NCBI GenBank assembly: GCA_013203315.1 | Contig: JABMQJ010000010.1 | Span: 1 to 29,626 of the forward strand | Direction of reading: 5' to 3' | Length of the DNA stretch: 29,626 nucleotides | Source of the DNA: Candidatus Omnitrophota bacterium | GTDB taxonomy: Bacteria > Omnitrophota > Gorgyraeia > JABMRN01 > RBG-13-46-9 | Shown: positions 1 through 8,830 of the stretch, in pieces | Layout: every line of letters begins with the position of its first letter | Position numbering within the stretch: position 1 is the first letter of the stretch | Translations under genes and position numbers: made by a program | Notes under the pieces: generated by a model | Database searches by the model: none | The model's input: the letters and a program-made list of their open reading frames with translations, nothing else | What the model was told of the DNA's origin: nothing

Positions 1-894
1 AGCCTACCCGGACACAGATTCTTGAAAACGACTCTGGACTACAGCCATCTGTTAAAAGGTATTTTGTTTTGCGGAAAATGCGGGAGTTATTTTGTATCAA
101 CACACGCTCGTGGCAAAATGGGAAATAAGTTTTATTATTATGAGTGTAGCAGAGCAAGACAAAAACTCGGATGCGATACTAAACGCATATCAGCAACATC
201 ATTTGACCGGGCGGTTATTGACTTTTTAGGCAGAGCGTCCAAAGATCAGAATATTATTATCAATGCCGTTGGGAACGCTATGAAACACTCCTCAACCCAG
301 CTCGATAAATATGACAAGGAAATACGCCAGTTAAAGAAAAAGCTCGACAAAGCCAAAGACTCTGCCGATAAATTGCTTAACCTTGCTATAGAAAAAGTAA
401 TCACCAAAGGAAGAACTTATACCGAGAAAATGGACGCACTTGAAACCGAAATCATAGTGCTTGAAGATAAACTCGGAAAAGCCCAAGCCCGAAGAAAAGC
501 CGCTGAGATGACCGCTAACTCGAATGAATACCTGCACGCAAACCTACAGCTTGCCATGAGATACCTCGATCAAGCCCCGCCAGACGCCCAAATTGCCCTT
601 CTAAAGGCACTTATCAAGATACTCAAGGTTTATGACGACCATGTGAAGATGGAAATGTTTATAAACGAACCGGACGGCGAGATCGTGCAGAACTTACCGC
701 TGAAGGAACCCCAAAAACAGCGAACCCCGCTCCTTCTTGAGGAACAGGGTTCGACTGAGCGTCAACAATGGCGGAGAGGGAGGGATTTGAACCCTCGGAG
801 GCAGCAAAACCACCTCGGCGGCTTAGCAAGCCGCTCGTTTCAGCCACTCACGCACCTCTCCGAATTTTCACGTTTCTTTTTAAAAAATTCCTGA
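1..894 (+). CDS. Large serine recombinase, C-terminal part (zinc ribbon + coiled coil); 5' end outside window
   Basis: Frame is open from base 1. Contains the LLKGILFCGKCG...YYECSR...C zinc-ribbon motif followed by a long coiled coil, typical of large serine recombinases. The ORF runs antisense through the tRNA (WRRGRDLNPR). Confidence 0.85.
   Translation, partial: SLPGHRFLKTTLDYSHLLKGILFCGKCGSYFVSTHARGKMGNKFYYYECSRARQKLGCDTKRISATSFDRAVIDFLGRASKDQNIIINAVGNAMKHSSTQLDKYDKEIRQLKKKLDKAKDSADKLLNLAIEKVITKGRTYTEKMDALETEIIVLEDKLGKAQARRKAAEMTANSNEYLHANLQLAMRYLDQAPPDAQIALLKALIKILKVYDDHVKMEMFINEPDGEIVQNLPLKEPQKQRTPLLLEEQGSTERQQWRRGRDLNPRRQQNHLGGLASRSFQPLTHLSEFSRFFLKNS
713..753 (-). terminator. Probable intrinsic terminator downstream of tRNA-Ser
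   Basis: Imperfect hairpin CGAACCC...GGGTTCG (721-753), 15 nt past the tRNA CCA, followed on the minus strand by CTGTTTTT. Confidence 0.6.
769..861 (-). tRNA. tRNA-Ser(GCT)
   Basis: Minus strand reads GGAGAGGTGCGTGAGTGGCTGAAACGAGCGGCTTGCTAAGCCGCC...GGTTCAAATCCCTCCCTCTCCGCCA. Anticodon arm GCGGC-TT-GCT-AA-GCCGC, long variable arm, encoded CCA, 93 nt. Confidence 0.97.
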
Positions 895-1325
895 ATTAAA
901 GAACGTGATTCGTCTTTTAAAAGGCCTGATTTTGTATTTACTTTATGATTTAATTTTTTGTTTTCTAAAATATTTAAAGCGCTTCCGCAGGCACCTGTTT
1001 TTAGATCCTCCGTGGCGTAAAAAAGATTTTTTATTCTTGCCAGGACCATTGCGCCCGCGCACATTGAACAGGGTTCTATTGTAACATACACGTCGCAGTC
1101 ATTCAATCTCTCGTTTCTAAGATGCGCTGAGGCTTGAGTAATTGCGATCATCTCTGCGTGAGCAGTAGGGTCTTTAAGTGTAATGATTTGATTATGCGCG
1201 CGGGCAATGATTTGCCCTTTAAAAACAATAACCGCTCCGACAGGAACCTCGTCCCTCTCGAACGCGATCCTCGCCTGCTTAAGCGCCTCCTGCATGTAAT
1301 GTTCGTGTTTAGTTTGCATAATCAT
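840..1325 (-). CDS. tadA: tRNA adenosine(34) deaminase
   Basis: EVPVGAV, DPTAHAE and TIEPCSMCAGA motifs. Confidence 0.93.
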   Translation of the reverse strand: MIMQTKHEHYMQEALKQARIAFERDEVPVGAVIVFKGQIIARAHNQIITLKDPTAHAEMIAITQASAHLRNERLNDCDVYVTIEPCSMCAGAMVLARIKNLFYATEDLKTGACGSALNILENKKLNHKVNTKSGLLKDESRSLIQEFFKKKRENSERCVSG

Positions 1326-1340
1326 AAAACATCGAGTTCG

Positions 1341-1417
1341 TGGCGTGCCAGGCAGGACTTGAACCTGCGACCTTTTGCTTCGTAGGCAAACGCTCTATCC
1401 AGCTGAGCTACTGGCAC
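1341..1417 (-). tRNA. tRNA-Arg(ACG)
   Basis: Minus strand reads GTGCCAGTAGCTCAGCTGGATAGAGCGTTTGCCTACGAAGCAAAAGGTCGCAGGTTCAAGTCCTGCCTGGCACGCCA. Anticodon ACG, 77 nt. Confidence 0.97.
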
Positions 1418-1420
1418 CCG

Positions 1421-3142
1421 TTAAAATCGTAATATCAAATTAAGTAACCCACCTACTATTATCGCAACGCTAAGCATTATAGCGGCGGATTTCAGCATAT
1501 CTTTTATGCCCAATTCGCGGACCAAAACAGCAAATGTTGCTATGCACGGAAAATATATGGCCAGGACCGTACTTCCTATTACGAGCTGTTTGGTGGTCAT
1601 GTTGAGAGGGCCGAGCATGCCGATCGCAACGTCTTTTCTTAAAAATCCGATTATTAACGCTGCGATCGCCCCTTCCGGCAAACCCCACACATTGCGTAAG
1701 ATTGGTGAAAAAATCTTCGAGAAAAAATCAATAACGTTTAAAGCATATAAAATATTTACAAAAAGAATTCCCAGAAGAACGTAAGGCACCGCTTCTTTTA
1801 AAAAACTTGAAATACGCATCCAAAGTTTTTTTATAACGCCCTGTAATTGCGGAATCCTATACGGGGGTATTTCCATTAAGATCTCCGGGCTTTTTCCTTT
1901 AAGGACCTTATTTAATATTACGCCTTTTACTATTAAAACAATGCCTAGTGTTGAAAACACAAGCGCGACGTAACCCCCTCCTCTTTGCCCGACAAGGCCG
2001 ACAATCATGGCAATCTGCGCTATGCAGGGCACGGCAACAGCCATAAGCGTTGCGGCTATGAATTTCTCGCGCCTTCCCTCTAAAAGCCTCATTGCCAGGG
2101 CGCCCGGAACATTACATCCAAGCCCCAAAATCATAGGAATGATAGCGTATCCGTGCAGGCCTAAACGGTGCATAAAATTATCCGCAAGAACCGCGAATCT
2201 CGGCAGGTACCCGAAATCCTCCAGTATCCCCAGAACCAGATAAAAGCTGATTATGTAGGGCAGCACCATCGCAAACGGAACAAAAAGCCCTGTTGTAAAA
2301 ACCCCGAAAGATTGCGTGTAATCGATTTTTCCGTCGACGAGTTTTCCTATAATAACGTCATGCAAGAATCCGCCCGAGCCCAAGAGCGCTGAGGCCTTCA
2401 TGGCTATAGGCGTCCACAGTTTCTCGAAAAACGGTTCCGCTACGTATGTAATAAGATTTTCCGCCACAAAACGGATCACCCAAAAAGCGCAAAAGATAAC
2501 AGCCACCGCGAAAGGTATGCCGGTAGCCGGTTTTATGCTTATATCTTCCAGCCTTTCCAAAAAGGTGTGGTGCCTGTGATGCAGCTTTTGAACATCTTCT
2601 ATGATTCTCCCGATGTGCCGCCATCTTTCCTCGTCTGTCAGGCATTTAATTTTTTTCGCCTTCGCCTTCGGAAGGTGTTTGACCAGGTCCTTTATTCCCT
2701 CTCCTGTCAAACCGCACGTGGGTATGACCGGAACACCCAAAGCCTTTTCGAGTTTTCCCGCATCTATTTCTATACCCTTGTGCTTAGTTTCATCCCACAT
2801 GTTAAGCACCACGATAACGGGTATATCTTTTTCCAGTAATTCCAGTGTAAGGTATAGATTTCTTTCCAGGTTCGTAGCGTCTATAATATTTATGGCCAGA
2901 TCCCCGTCTTTTAGCATTCGAACCGCTACCTCCTCGGCTTTCGAGGTAGGGTCCAGGGTATAGGTTCCCGGGATATCTATAATCGCCGGTCGGGTGTCGT
3001 TTATTTTTATATACCCTTGCATAAACTCAACGGTTGTACCCGGATAGTTTGAAATAACTACTTTTGCGCCGGTAAGACGCGAGAAAATAGCGCTTTTTCC
3101 GACGTTGGGATTTCCTATCAAAAGTATCTTATTTATTTCCAT
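1421..3142 (-). CDS. feoB: Ferrous iron transporter FeoB (short form)
   Basis: G-domain motifs GNPNVGKS, NYPGTTVE, DIPG and NMWD; LEDFGYLPR and GLGCNVP membrane motifs; multiple TM segments. Confidence 0.95.
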   Translation of the reverse strand: MEINKILLIGNPNVGKSAIFSRLTGAKVVISNYPGTTVEFMQGYIKINDTRPAIIDIPGTYTLDPTSKAEEVAVRMLKDGDLAINIIDATNLERNLYLTLELLEKDIPVIVVLNMWDETKHKGIEIDAGKLEKALGVPVIPTCGLTGEGIKDLVKHLPKAKAKKIKCLTDEERWRHIGRIIEDVQKLHHRHHTFLERLEDISIKPATGIPFAVAVIFCAFWVIRFVAENLITYVAEPFFEKLWTPIAMKASALLGSGGFLHDVIIGKLVDGKIDYTQSFGVFTTGLFVPFAMVLPYIISFYLVLGILEDFGYLPRFAVLADNFMHRLGLHGYAIIPMILGLGCNVPGALAMRLLEGRREKFIAATLMAVAVPCIAQIAMIVGLVGQRGGGYVALVFSTLGIVLIVKGVILNKVLKGKSPEILMEIPPYRIPQLQGVIKKLWMRISSFLKEAVPYVLLGILFVNILYALNVIDFFSKIFSPILRNVWGLPEGAIAALIIGFLRKDVAIGMLGPLNMTTKQLVIGSTVLAIYFPCIATFAVLVRELGIKDMLKSAAIMLSVAIIVGGLLNLILRF

Positions 3143-3374
3143 TTCTTTCCACTTTTATAAAAACTTTTTCTGCCATGCCGAAACCGATCGCAACTTTGAA
3201 GCTATCAATAAGTACTCTTTGCGGGCCGCGCCAGAAATGCGACCCCTGCTTTTCTATCTTCTTCCCTATCCTTATTCCCATGCCCTGGATTCGCCGTGTT
3301 ACCTCTTGGCCGCCCTGAATGTCCGTAACGGTGCCCACCTCGCCCGGTTTCATACCTACTATGCTTATGATCAT
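3129..3374 (-). CDS. feoA: FeoA family protein
   Basis: 81 aa SH3-like protein (RRIQGMGIRIG...VAIGFGMAEKVF) directly upstream of feoB. Confidence 0.9.
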   Translation of the reverse strand: MIISIVGMKPGEVGTVTDIQGGQEVTRRIQGMGIRIGKKIEKQGSHFWRGPQRVLIDSFKVAIGFGMAEKVFIKVERNGNK

Positions 3375-3383
3375 GTTGTTTTT

Positions 3384-3587
3384 TTACCTTTTTTTATACA
3401 TTTTTATAAAATGTTCCATGCTTCGGTCATATGTTTTTTCTGCGGCGGCGGGAAAAAAGCACGCCGGCGCCTCTTTATTGCCGAGGTGATATTGTAAGCA
3501 CTCACAGCAAATGCCTTTTCTTGGGCACGGCTCATACGTACAATTACAGCGTAACATATTTTTTTCTTTTCTGCACTCCATATTCAC
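3384..3587 (-). CDS. Small Cys-rich protein (DUF6485-like)
   Basis: CNCTYEPCPRKGICCECLQYH...PACFF...TYDRS; AGGAG RBS upstream; sits in operon. Family name is from recall, not from a search. Confidence 0.7.
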   Translation of the reverse strand: MNMECRKEKNMLRCNCTYEPCPRKGICCECLQYHLGNKEAPACFFPAAAEKTYDRSMEHFIKMYKKR

Positions 3588-3591
3588 TCTC

Positions 3592-4536
3592 CTATTTATA
3601 AGCGATGCCTTTCAGTTCTTCGACATATAATCTTGCTGAAAATGCCGCCGTAGCTCCGTCGCCGCAGGCGGTAACTATCTGGCGCAGGAGCTTCTTGCGT
3701 GCGTCCCCGCAGACAAATATCCCCATCTTTGACGTCTTCATGTTATCGTCTGCGATAACATATCCTTCCCTGTCAGTTTTTAAAAGACCTTTTAAAAAAT
3801 CGGTATTCGGCGTATACCCTACAAATATAAAAGCGCCGTCGCACGGGAATTCGGATTCTTTTTTGTCTTTCAGGTTTTTCAATTTCAGCGCCTTTACCAC
3901 TCGTTCCCCTAAAATTTCGTTCACTATTGAATTCCACATAAAATCAATTTTTTTATTGGCGAGGGCTCTTTCCTGTAAAATCTTTGTAGCGCGAAGACGG
4001 TCCTTACGATGTATTAATGTAACCTTTTTTGCAAATTTCGCCAGAAAGAGAGCCTCTTCTACTGCCGTATCGCCTCCGCCTATGACTGCAACGTGCTTTT
4101 CTTTAAACAACGCCCCGTCGCATACCGCGCAGTAAGAAACACCTTTACCGCGAAGCTTATCTTCTCCCGAAACGCCCAGCTTTCTGGGGGAAGCGCCAGT
4201 AGCAATAATCACAGAAAGCGTTGTAACGGATTCGCCCATTAATTCTACCTGCCAGGCTTTTTTACCTTCGGATTCAGTTTCTTTAATATTTACCGCATCG
4301 GAGGTTTTGAATTCTGCTGAGAATTTCCCTGCCTGCTTTTTTAATTTTTCCATAAGATCAAATCCACCTATTGCTTCCGGAAACCCGGGGTAATTTTCAA
4401 TGTCACCGGTAATGGCTGCCTGGCTTGGCGGGTTGAAATTTCCGACCACTAGCGTCTTTAGCCTTGCCCTCGAAGCGTATATAGCCGCTGTAAGACCGGC
4501 CGGGCCCTGCCCTATAATAACAACGTCATTATTCAT
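3592..4536 (-). CDS. trxB: Thioredoxin-disulfide reductase
   Basis: GQGPAG FAD motif, GVSYCAVCDG active site, GGGDTAVEEA NADPH motif. Confidence 0.95.
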   Translation of the reverse strand: MNNDVVIIGQGPAGLTAAIYASRARLKTLVVGNFNPPSQAAITGDIENYPGFPEAIGGFDLMEKLKKQAGKFSAEFKTSDAVNIKETESEGKKAWQVELMGESVTTLSVIIATGASPRKLGVSGEDKLRGKGVSYCAVCDGALFKEKHVAVIGGGDTAVEEALFLAKFAKKVTLIHRKDRLRATKILQERALANKKIDFMWNSIVNEILGERVVKALKLKNLKDKKESEFPCDGAFIFVGYTPNTDFLKGLLKTDREGYVIADDNMKTSKMGIFVCGDARKKLLRQIVTACGDGATAAFSARLYVEELKGIAYK

Positions 4537-5312
4537 GCCTTACCTCTCCTTTTTAATACGGCTCTTTTACTCACGGGTTTCACTCTCTTCTTTTTCGCAT
4601 CATAGACACTCGTAACTTTTACTCCGCTAAAAAAAGTTTTTATTTTCTTAATTTCTCCCCTGGAAAGCGGTTTTATCCCGCAAGGCCTTGTCGGCGTATT
4701 AATCTGAACTTCGTCGGGACTTATTTCGCGAGCGAGATGCGCAATATCTTTAACGTAGTTTCTGTTTCCTTTAAAGAACATTATCTGTAACGCAAATCGT
4801 CCCTTATAATTCGACCTGAATTTTTTTAACCCTTTTATGATTTTATCAAATTTTACCGTCTTTGCGGGTTTATTTATTTTCGCAAAAAGCTCTTGCGAAT
4901 GCGCGTCAAGCTTGGCTATGACGAAATCTGCAGTGGCCAGATCTTTCCGGACATCCTTTTTGTCCATTGTCGAAGAATTCGTTAAAACCGCTATTTTATT
5001 TTTCCTTATCTTTCTTATGCCTTTTATAACTTCGCCTAGATTCCCGGCTAACGTCGGTTCACCCGCGCCCGAGAACGTAATATAATCTATTTTAATACCC
5101 GGGAACGCTTTTATTTCTTCTAAAATTTTCCCCGTTGGAATAAAAACTTTTCGCTTGCCGGTTAACCTGCCGCTTTTGCCTGCCTGGCAGTATACGCAGC
5201 CAAATGAACATATCTTACCCGAGCCGGCGTAAACCGGATCTACGCCTAAAGATCTTCCCAGCCTCCAGGAAGACACGGGCCCGTAAACATGCTTAAACAT
5301 CTTCTTTGCCAT
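4533..5312 (-). CDS. Radical SAM protein (COG0731-like)
   Basis: YGPVSSWRLGRSLG, CSFGCVYC (CxxxCxxC) and TFSGAGEPTL motifs. Confidence 0.85.
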   Translation of the reverse strand: MAKKMFKHVYGPVSSWRLGRSLGVDPVYAGSGKICSFGCVYCQAGKSGRLTGKRKVFIPTGKILEEIKAFPGIKIDYITFSGAGEPTLAGNLGEVIKGIRKIRKNKIAVLTNSSTMDKKDVRKDLATADFVIAKLDAHSQELFAKINKPAKTVKFDKIIKGLKKFRSNYKGRFALQIMFFKGNRNYVKDIAHLAREISPDEVQINTPTRPCGIKPLSRGEIKKIKTFFSGVKVTSVYDAKKKRVKPVSKRAVLKRRGKA

Positions 5313-5352
5313 AAGCTTTCCGTATCCCCCAAGTGGGGGCTTTAAGCACCAT

Positions 5353-5382
5353 ATTATACTATAATATCCTTAATAATGTCAA
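5353..5382 (-). promoter_or_regulatory. Sigma70-type promoter for the radical SAM-trxB-feo-tRNA operon
   Basis: Minus strand TTGACA (5382-5377), 18-nt spacer, TATAAT (5358-5353). Confidence 0.7.
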
Positions 5383-5393
5383 AAACGATTAGA

Positions 5394-5429
5394 AACAAAT
5401 AGGGGAGGTTTGGACCTCCCCTATTTGTT
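5394..5429. terminator. Intrinsic terminator after the pilin gene
   Basis: Perfect 16-bp inverted repeat AACAAATAGGGGAGGT-ttgg-ACCTCCCCTATTTGTT just past the pilin stop codon. Confidence 0.85.
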
Positions 5430-5453
5430 ATTTTGTAGAATTATTTACTCGTT

Positions 5454-5885
5454 TTATCGCGGTACGCCTGCGTGCGCGCCACTCCACGATTCGCCGCTTT
5501 TATCTTGCCAGCTTAGAGTTATCGTCTGGCCTTCGGTTCCGGCACCTGCTTTTTTAGAAGTCCTCGTGGCAGTTATGCTAAATCCGGTGTCAGAAGCGCC
5601 CGATACAGTGTAATTCCAGTAGGTCACACTACCTGAAGTTGGAACTTCAATAGCCAATAGGTTTATACTCCCGGAGTACTCTCCGTTCTCCAGCTTATAG
5701 AGATTTTGAGCCGTCCTTAAAGCACTCATTGTACTTACTGCTTCCGTTGCGCGGGCTTTCTCGATAAAGCCCATATACTGCGGAACCGCAAGAGTGGCCA
5801 AAACGCCTATTATTATAACAACCATCAAGAGTTCGAGCATTGTAAAGCCGTGACGCCTTCCAACAATGTTCATCATATTTTTCAT
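5454..5885 (-). CDS. Type IV major pilin-like protein (PilA/PilE)
   Basis: Class III signal RRHG|FTMLELLMVVIIIGVLATLAVPQY; strong AAGGAGG RBS. Confidence 0.9.
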   Translation of the reverse strand: MKNMMNIVGRRHGFTMLELLMVVIIIGVLATLAVPQYMGFIEKARATEAVSTMSALRTAQNLYKLENGEYSGSINLLAIEVPTSGSVTYWNYTVSGASDTGFSITATRTSKKAGAGTEGQTITLSWQDKSGESWSGAHAGVPR

Positions 5886-5903
5886 ATTTTACCTCCTTAT
5901 TTT

Positions 5904-7109
5904 TTATCCTAATGTGGCAAATTTAAATATTGGCATGAACATCGCCACAATTAAACCGCCTATAACAAGCGCCATGAAAAGAAGCACCACCGGGCCCAGG
6001 AGCGTCGTAAATCTTGTCATTGTCGTGTCAACAATATCTCCGTAATATTTGGCGACCTCTTCAAGCATGCCGCTAAAATTTCCCGTCTTTTCAGCCACTA
6101 GAACAAGCTGTATTGCAAGCGGCGGAAACATATTCGTTTGATACAGTGACTCAGAAAGCGGAAGCCCGCCTACAATCTTTACCCTTGCTTCATCCACCCT
6201 ATCTGCAAAAACAAGACTCTGCGAAGTCTTAACGGCAGCCTCCATAGCATTCACTATAGAAATGCCACTTTTCAATAAAACACTCAGCGTAGAGGCAAAT
6301 CTTTCCAAGGATAATGAAAGCAAAAAATCGCCTAAAATCGGGATATTAAAAAGCACCCTCTCGGAGGCTTTTTTGCCGTAATTAGTAGACATTGCTTTTT
6401 TGAATAGGAACCCCGCTACAGCCGCTGAAATAACCACTACAAAGAAATAGCCCCTTATAACATTGCTTATCCCGACAATCACGGATGTGAAGAAAGGTAA
6501 TTCCGCGCCAAATGCGCCGAAAAGTTCTTCGAATATCGGCACCACTTTAAAAATAAATACAACAATTGTAAGGATTGCAAGTGAAAAAAGCAAAATCGGA
6601 TACATGAAAGCGTCTATAGTTTTTTTTCGCATCTCGTCTCTGGATTCCAGAAACGTTACTACCTGGCGCAGGACAAACGGGAGCTGGCCGGAAAGCTCAC
6701 CTGCCGCTATCATGTCGCCCCAAAAACTCTCAAATATCCTGGGATATTTTTTAATAGCATCTGCCAGTGTAGAGCCGGCTTCCAGGTCTTTTTTTATCGT
6801 TTTTACCGTTGTAAGGAGTGTGGAGCTTTCTATCTGCTTAAGGACGATCTCGAAAGCTTCAATTATGGAAACGCCGTTTTCCAGGAGAATCGTTAATTCT
6901 TTGGCAAAAAGGCTTAAGTCTCTGGTTAATATTTTTCTATGCAGCTTTCTGCGATATTCTTCCTCTATTGATGCAGCTTCTTTTACAGAGAGTATAAGCA
7001 GGTCATCTTTCTGAAGGAGTTTTATAAGCTCTTGCTTGTTAGGGGCGAATGTCTGGCTGGTTATCAGTTTGCCTTTTTTGTCTCTCGCCTTATAGGTATA
7101 GTATGCCAT
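5904..7109 (-). CDS. pilC: PilC/GspF inner-membrane platform protein
   Basis: MIAAGELSGQL, MYP and AEKTGN...AMFMPIF motifs; 401 aa. Confidence 0.9.
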   Translation of the reverse strand: MAYYTYKARDKKGKLITSQTFAPNKQELIKLLQKDDLLILSVKEAASIEEEYRRKLHRKILTRDLSLFAKELTILLENGVSIIEAFEIVLKQIESSTLLTTVKTIKKDLEAGSTLADAIKKYPRIFESFWGDMIAAGELSGQLPFVLRQVVTFLESRDEMRKKTIDAFMYPILLFSLAILTIVVFIFKVVPIFEELFGAFGAELPFFTSVIVGISNVIRGYFFVVVISAAVAGFLFKKAMSTNYGKKASERVLFNIPILGDFLLSLSLERFASTLSVLLKSGISIVNAMEAAVKTSQSLVFADRVDEARVKIVGGLPLSESLYQTNMFPPLAIQLVLVAEKTGNFSGMLEEVAKYYGDIVDTTMTRFTTLLGPVVLLFMALVIGGLIVAMFMPIFKFATLG

Positions 7110-7110
7110 C

Positions 7111-8814
7111 CTAGCTCACGTCCATGGTAGTAGCAAGGACCTCATCCAGGGATGTAAGCCCGGCGCGAACCTTTTCCAGGCCGTCAAGCCTCAGGGACTT
7201 CATGCCTTTTTTTTCTATTAAAAACTTCTTTATAGAGCTCATGTCTTCTTTTTTTTCAATCATAGTCTGAATGTCTCTATCTACGCACATGATCTCAAAA
7301 ATAGCGACTCTGCCCATAAACCCGCGGTTTTTGCATGCATCGCAGCCTTTGGGTTTATATATTTTCGTGCCCTCAAGCTTATAGTCTTTAACTGTTTTTG
7401 CGTCTACCTTTACGAGTTCTTTACATTGCGGGCACAGTTTTCTGACCAGTCTCTGGGCGATTATCATGTTAAGCGTTGAGGCTAGAAGAAAAGGTTCTAT
7501 TCCGAAATCTAAAAGGCGTGAAATCGACCCGACAGAGTCATTCGTGTGCAACGTGCTTAAAACAAGCCTTCCTACCAGGGCCGAACGCACGCATATCTCG
7601 GCGGTCTCCAAGTCTCTTACCTCACCTACCATGATTATATCCGGGTCTTGCCTTAGGAAGGTTCGTAATCCACGTGCAAAATCCAATCCGATTTGCGGCA
7701 TTGCCTGGACCTGGTTAGCGCCCGCTATCCTGTATTCCACGGGGTCTTCTATTGTTATAATGTTTTTTTCCGGAGATTTTATTTCGTTTAGGAGACAATA
7801 AAGTGTTGTAGTCTTGCCGCTTCCCGTAGGCCCTGTGAGAAACACAAGCCCGTTTGGCTTATGTATATGGCTTGAAACCTTTTTCTGGTCTTCCTTATTT
7901 AAGTTTATGGTGCTGAGATTAAAATTTACCTGCTCTTTATCCAGTATTCTTATCGTAAGTTTTTCACCGTAAATGGTAGGGATCGTGGAAACGCGGAAGT
8001 CGATATTTCTTTTATCTATCTTTGTCATGAACCCGCCGTCTTGCGGAAGCCTTTTTTCGGCTATATCGAGGTGTGATAGTATTTTTATCCTGGATACGAG
8101 GGGCGCTATCATGTTTTTTGAAGGCGCGCTTTTCTCATACAAAATACCATCCACCCTGAACCGCACCACCACTTTTTCCTCCTGGGGTTCAACGTGTATA
8201 TCGCTAGCCTTTTCCCTCACAGCGTCCTGCATCATGAGGTTTACCATTTTTATTACAGGCGCTTCCGCGGCTTTCGATTTTAATTCATCTACGGTTTCTT
8301 CCTCGGCCCTCCACGCCGCCTGTCCGGCCACGACTGACTCTTTAGTGTCAAACACCCCCTTGTGCAGATACAATCTATCGATGCCGATTAGTATATCCGA
8401 CTTCGTGGTGCAATTAATCAAAAGATCCATCCTGGCTATTTTTTTAATATTGTCGATAACCACGAAATTAAGCGGATCCCACACGGCTACCGACAGATAT
8501 TTTGATGTTTTCGAAAGAGGTAATACCATGTTGGTTCTTGCAACCCTCTCGTCTATAAGTTTATCCAGGCTTTGGTCAAAGCTTATACTTAAAGATCCGT
8601 CCGCGAGTGAGAGATATTTTATGCCGAGCTTCCTGCTTATGGAAAGGCAAAGCCCCTCCTCAGAAAGATAGCCAAGCCCTATAAGGGTTTCACCTAAGGG
8701 TTTGTGATCTTTGGTTTTTTGCTGCAAATTCAGGGCTTCTTCAAGCTGTTCTTTCGTGACAAGGCCTTCTTCCAGTAAAATTTCGCCTAGTTTTTTTCTG
8801 ACAACTTTTACCAT
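7111..8814 (-). CDS. pilB: PilB/GspE assembly ATPase
   Basis: N-terminal KKLGEILLEEGLVT (MshEN-like), ASDIH, Walker A GPTGSGKTT, TIEDPVEY, LRQDPDIIMVGE, LSTLHTND and CxxC pairs. Start moved to ATG 8814, which has a GAGG RBS and avoids overlap with the secretin. Confidence 0.93.
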   Translation of the reverse strand: MVKVVRKKLGEILLEEGLVTKEQLEEALNLQQKTKDHKPLGETLIGLGYLSEEGLCLSISRKLGIKYLSLADGSLSISFDQSLDKLIDERVARTNMVLPLSKTSKYLSVAVWDPLNFVVIDNIKKIARMDLLINCTTKSDILIGIDRLYLHKGVFDTKESVVAGQAAWRAEEETVDELKSKAAEAPVIKMVNLMMQDAVREKASDIHVEPQEEKVVVRFRVDGILYEKSAPSKNMIAPLVSRIKILSHLDIAEKRLPQDGGFMTKIDKRNIDFRVSTIPTIYGEKLTIRILDKEQVNFNLSTINLNKEDQKKVSSHIHKPNGLVFLTGPTGSGKTTTLYCLLNEIKSPEKNIITIEDPVEYRIAGANQVQAMPQIGLDFARGLRTFLRQDPDIIMVGEVRDLETAEICVRSALVGRLVLSTLHTNDSVGSISRLLDFGIEPFLLASTLNMIIAQRLVRKLCPQCKELVKVDAKTVKDYKLEGTKIYKPKGCDACKNRGFMGRVAIFEIMCVDRDIQTMIEKKEDMSSIKKFLIEKKGMKSLRLDGLEKVRAGLTSLDEVLATTMDVS

Positions 8815-8830
8815 AACAGTTACCTCATCT

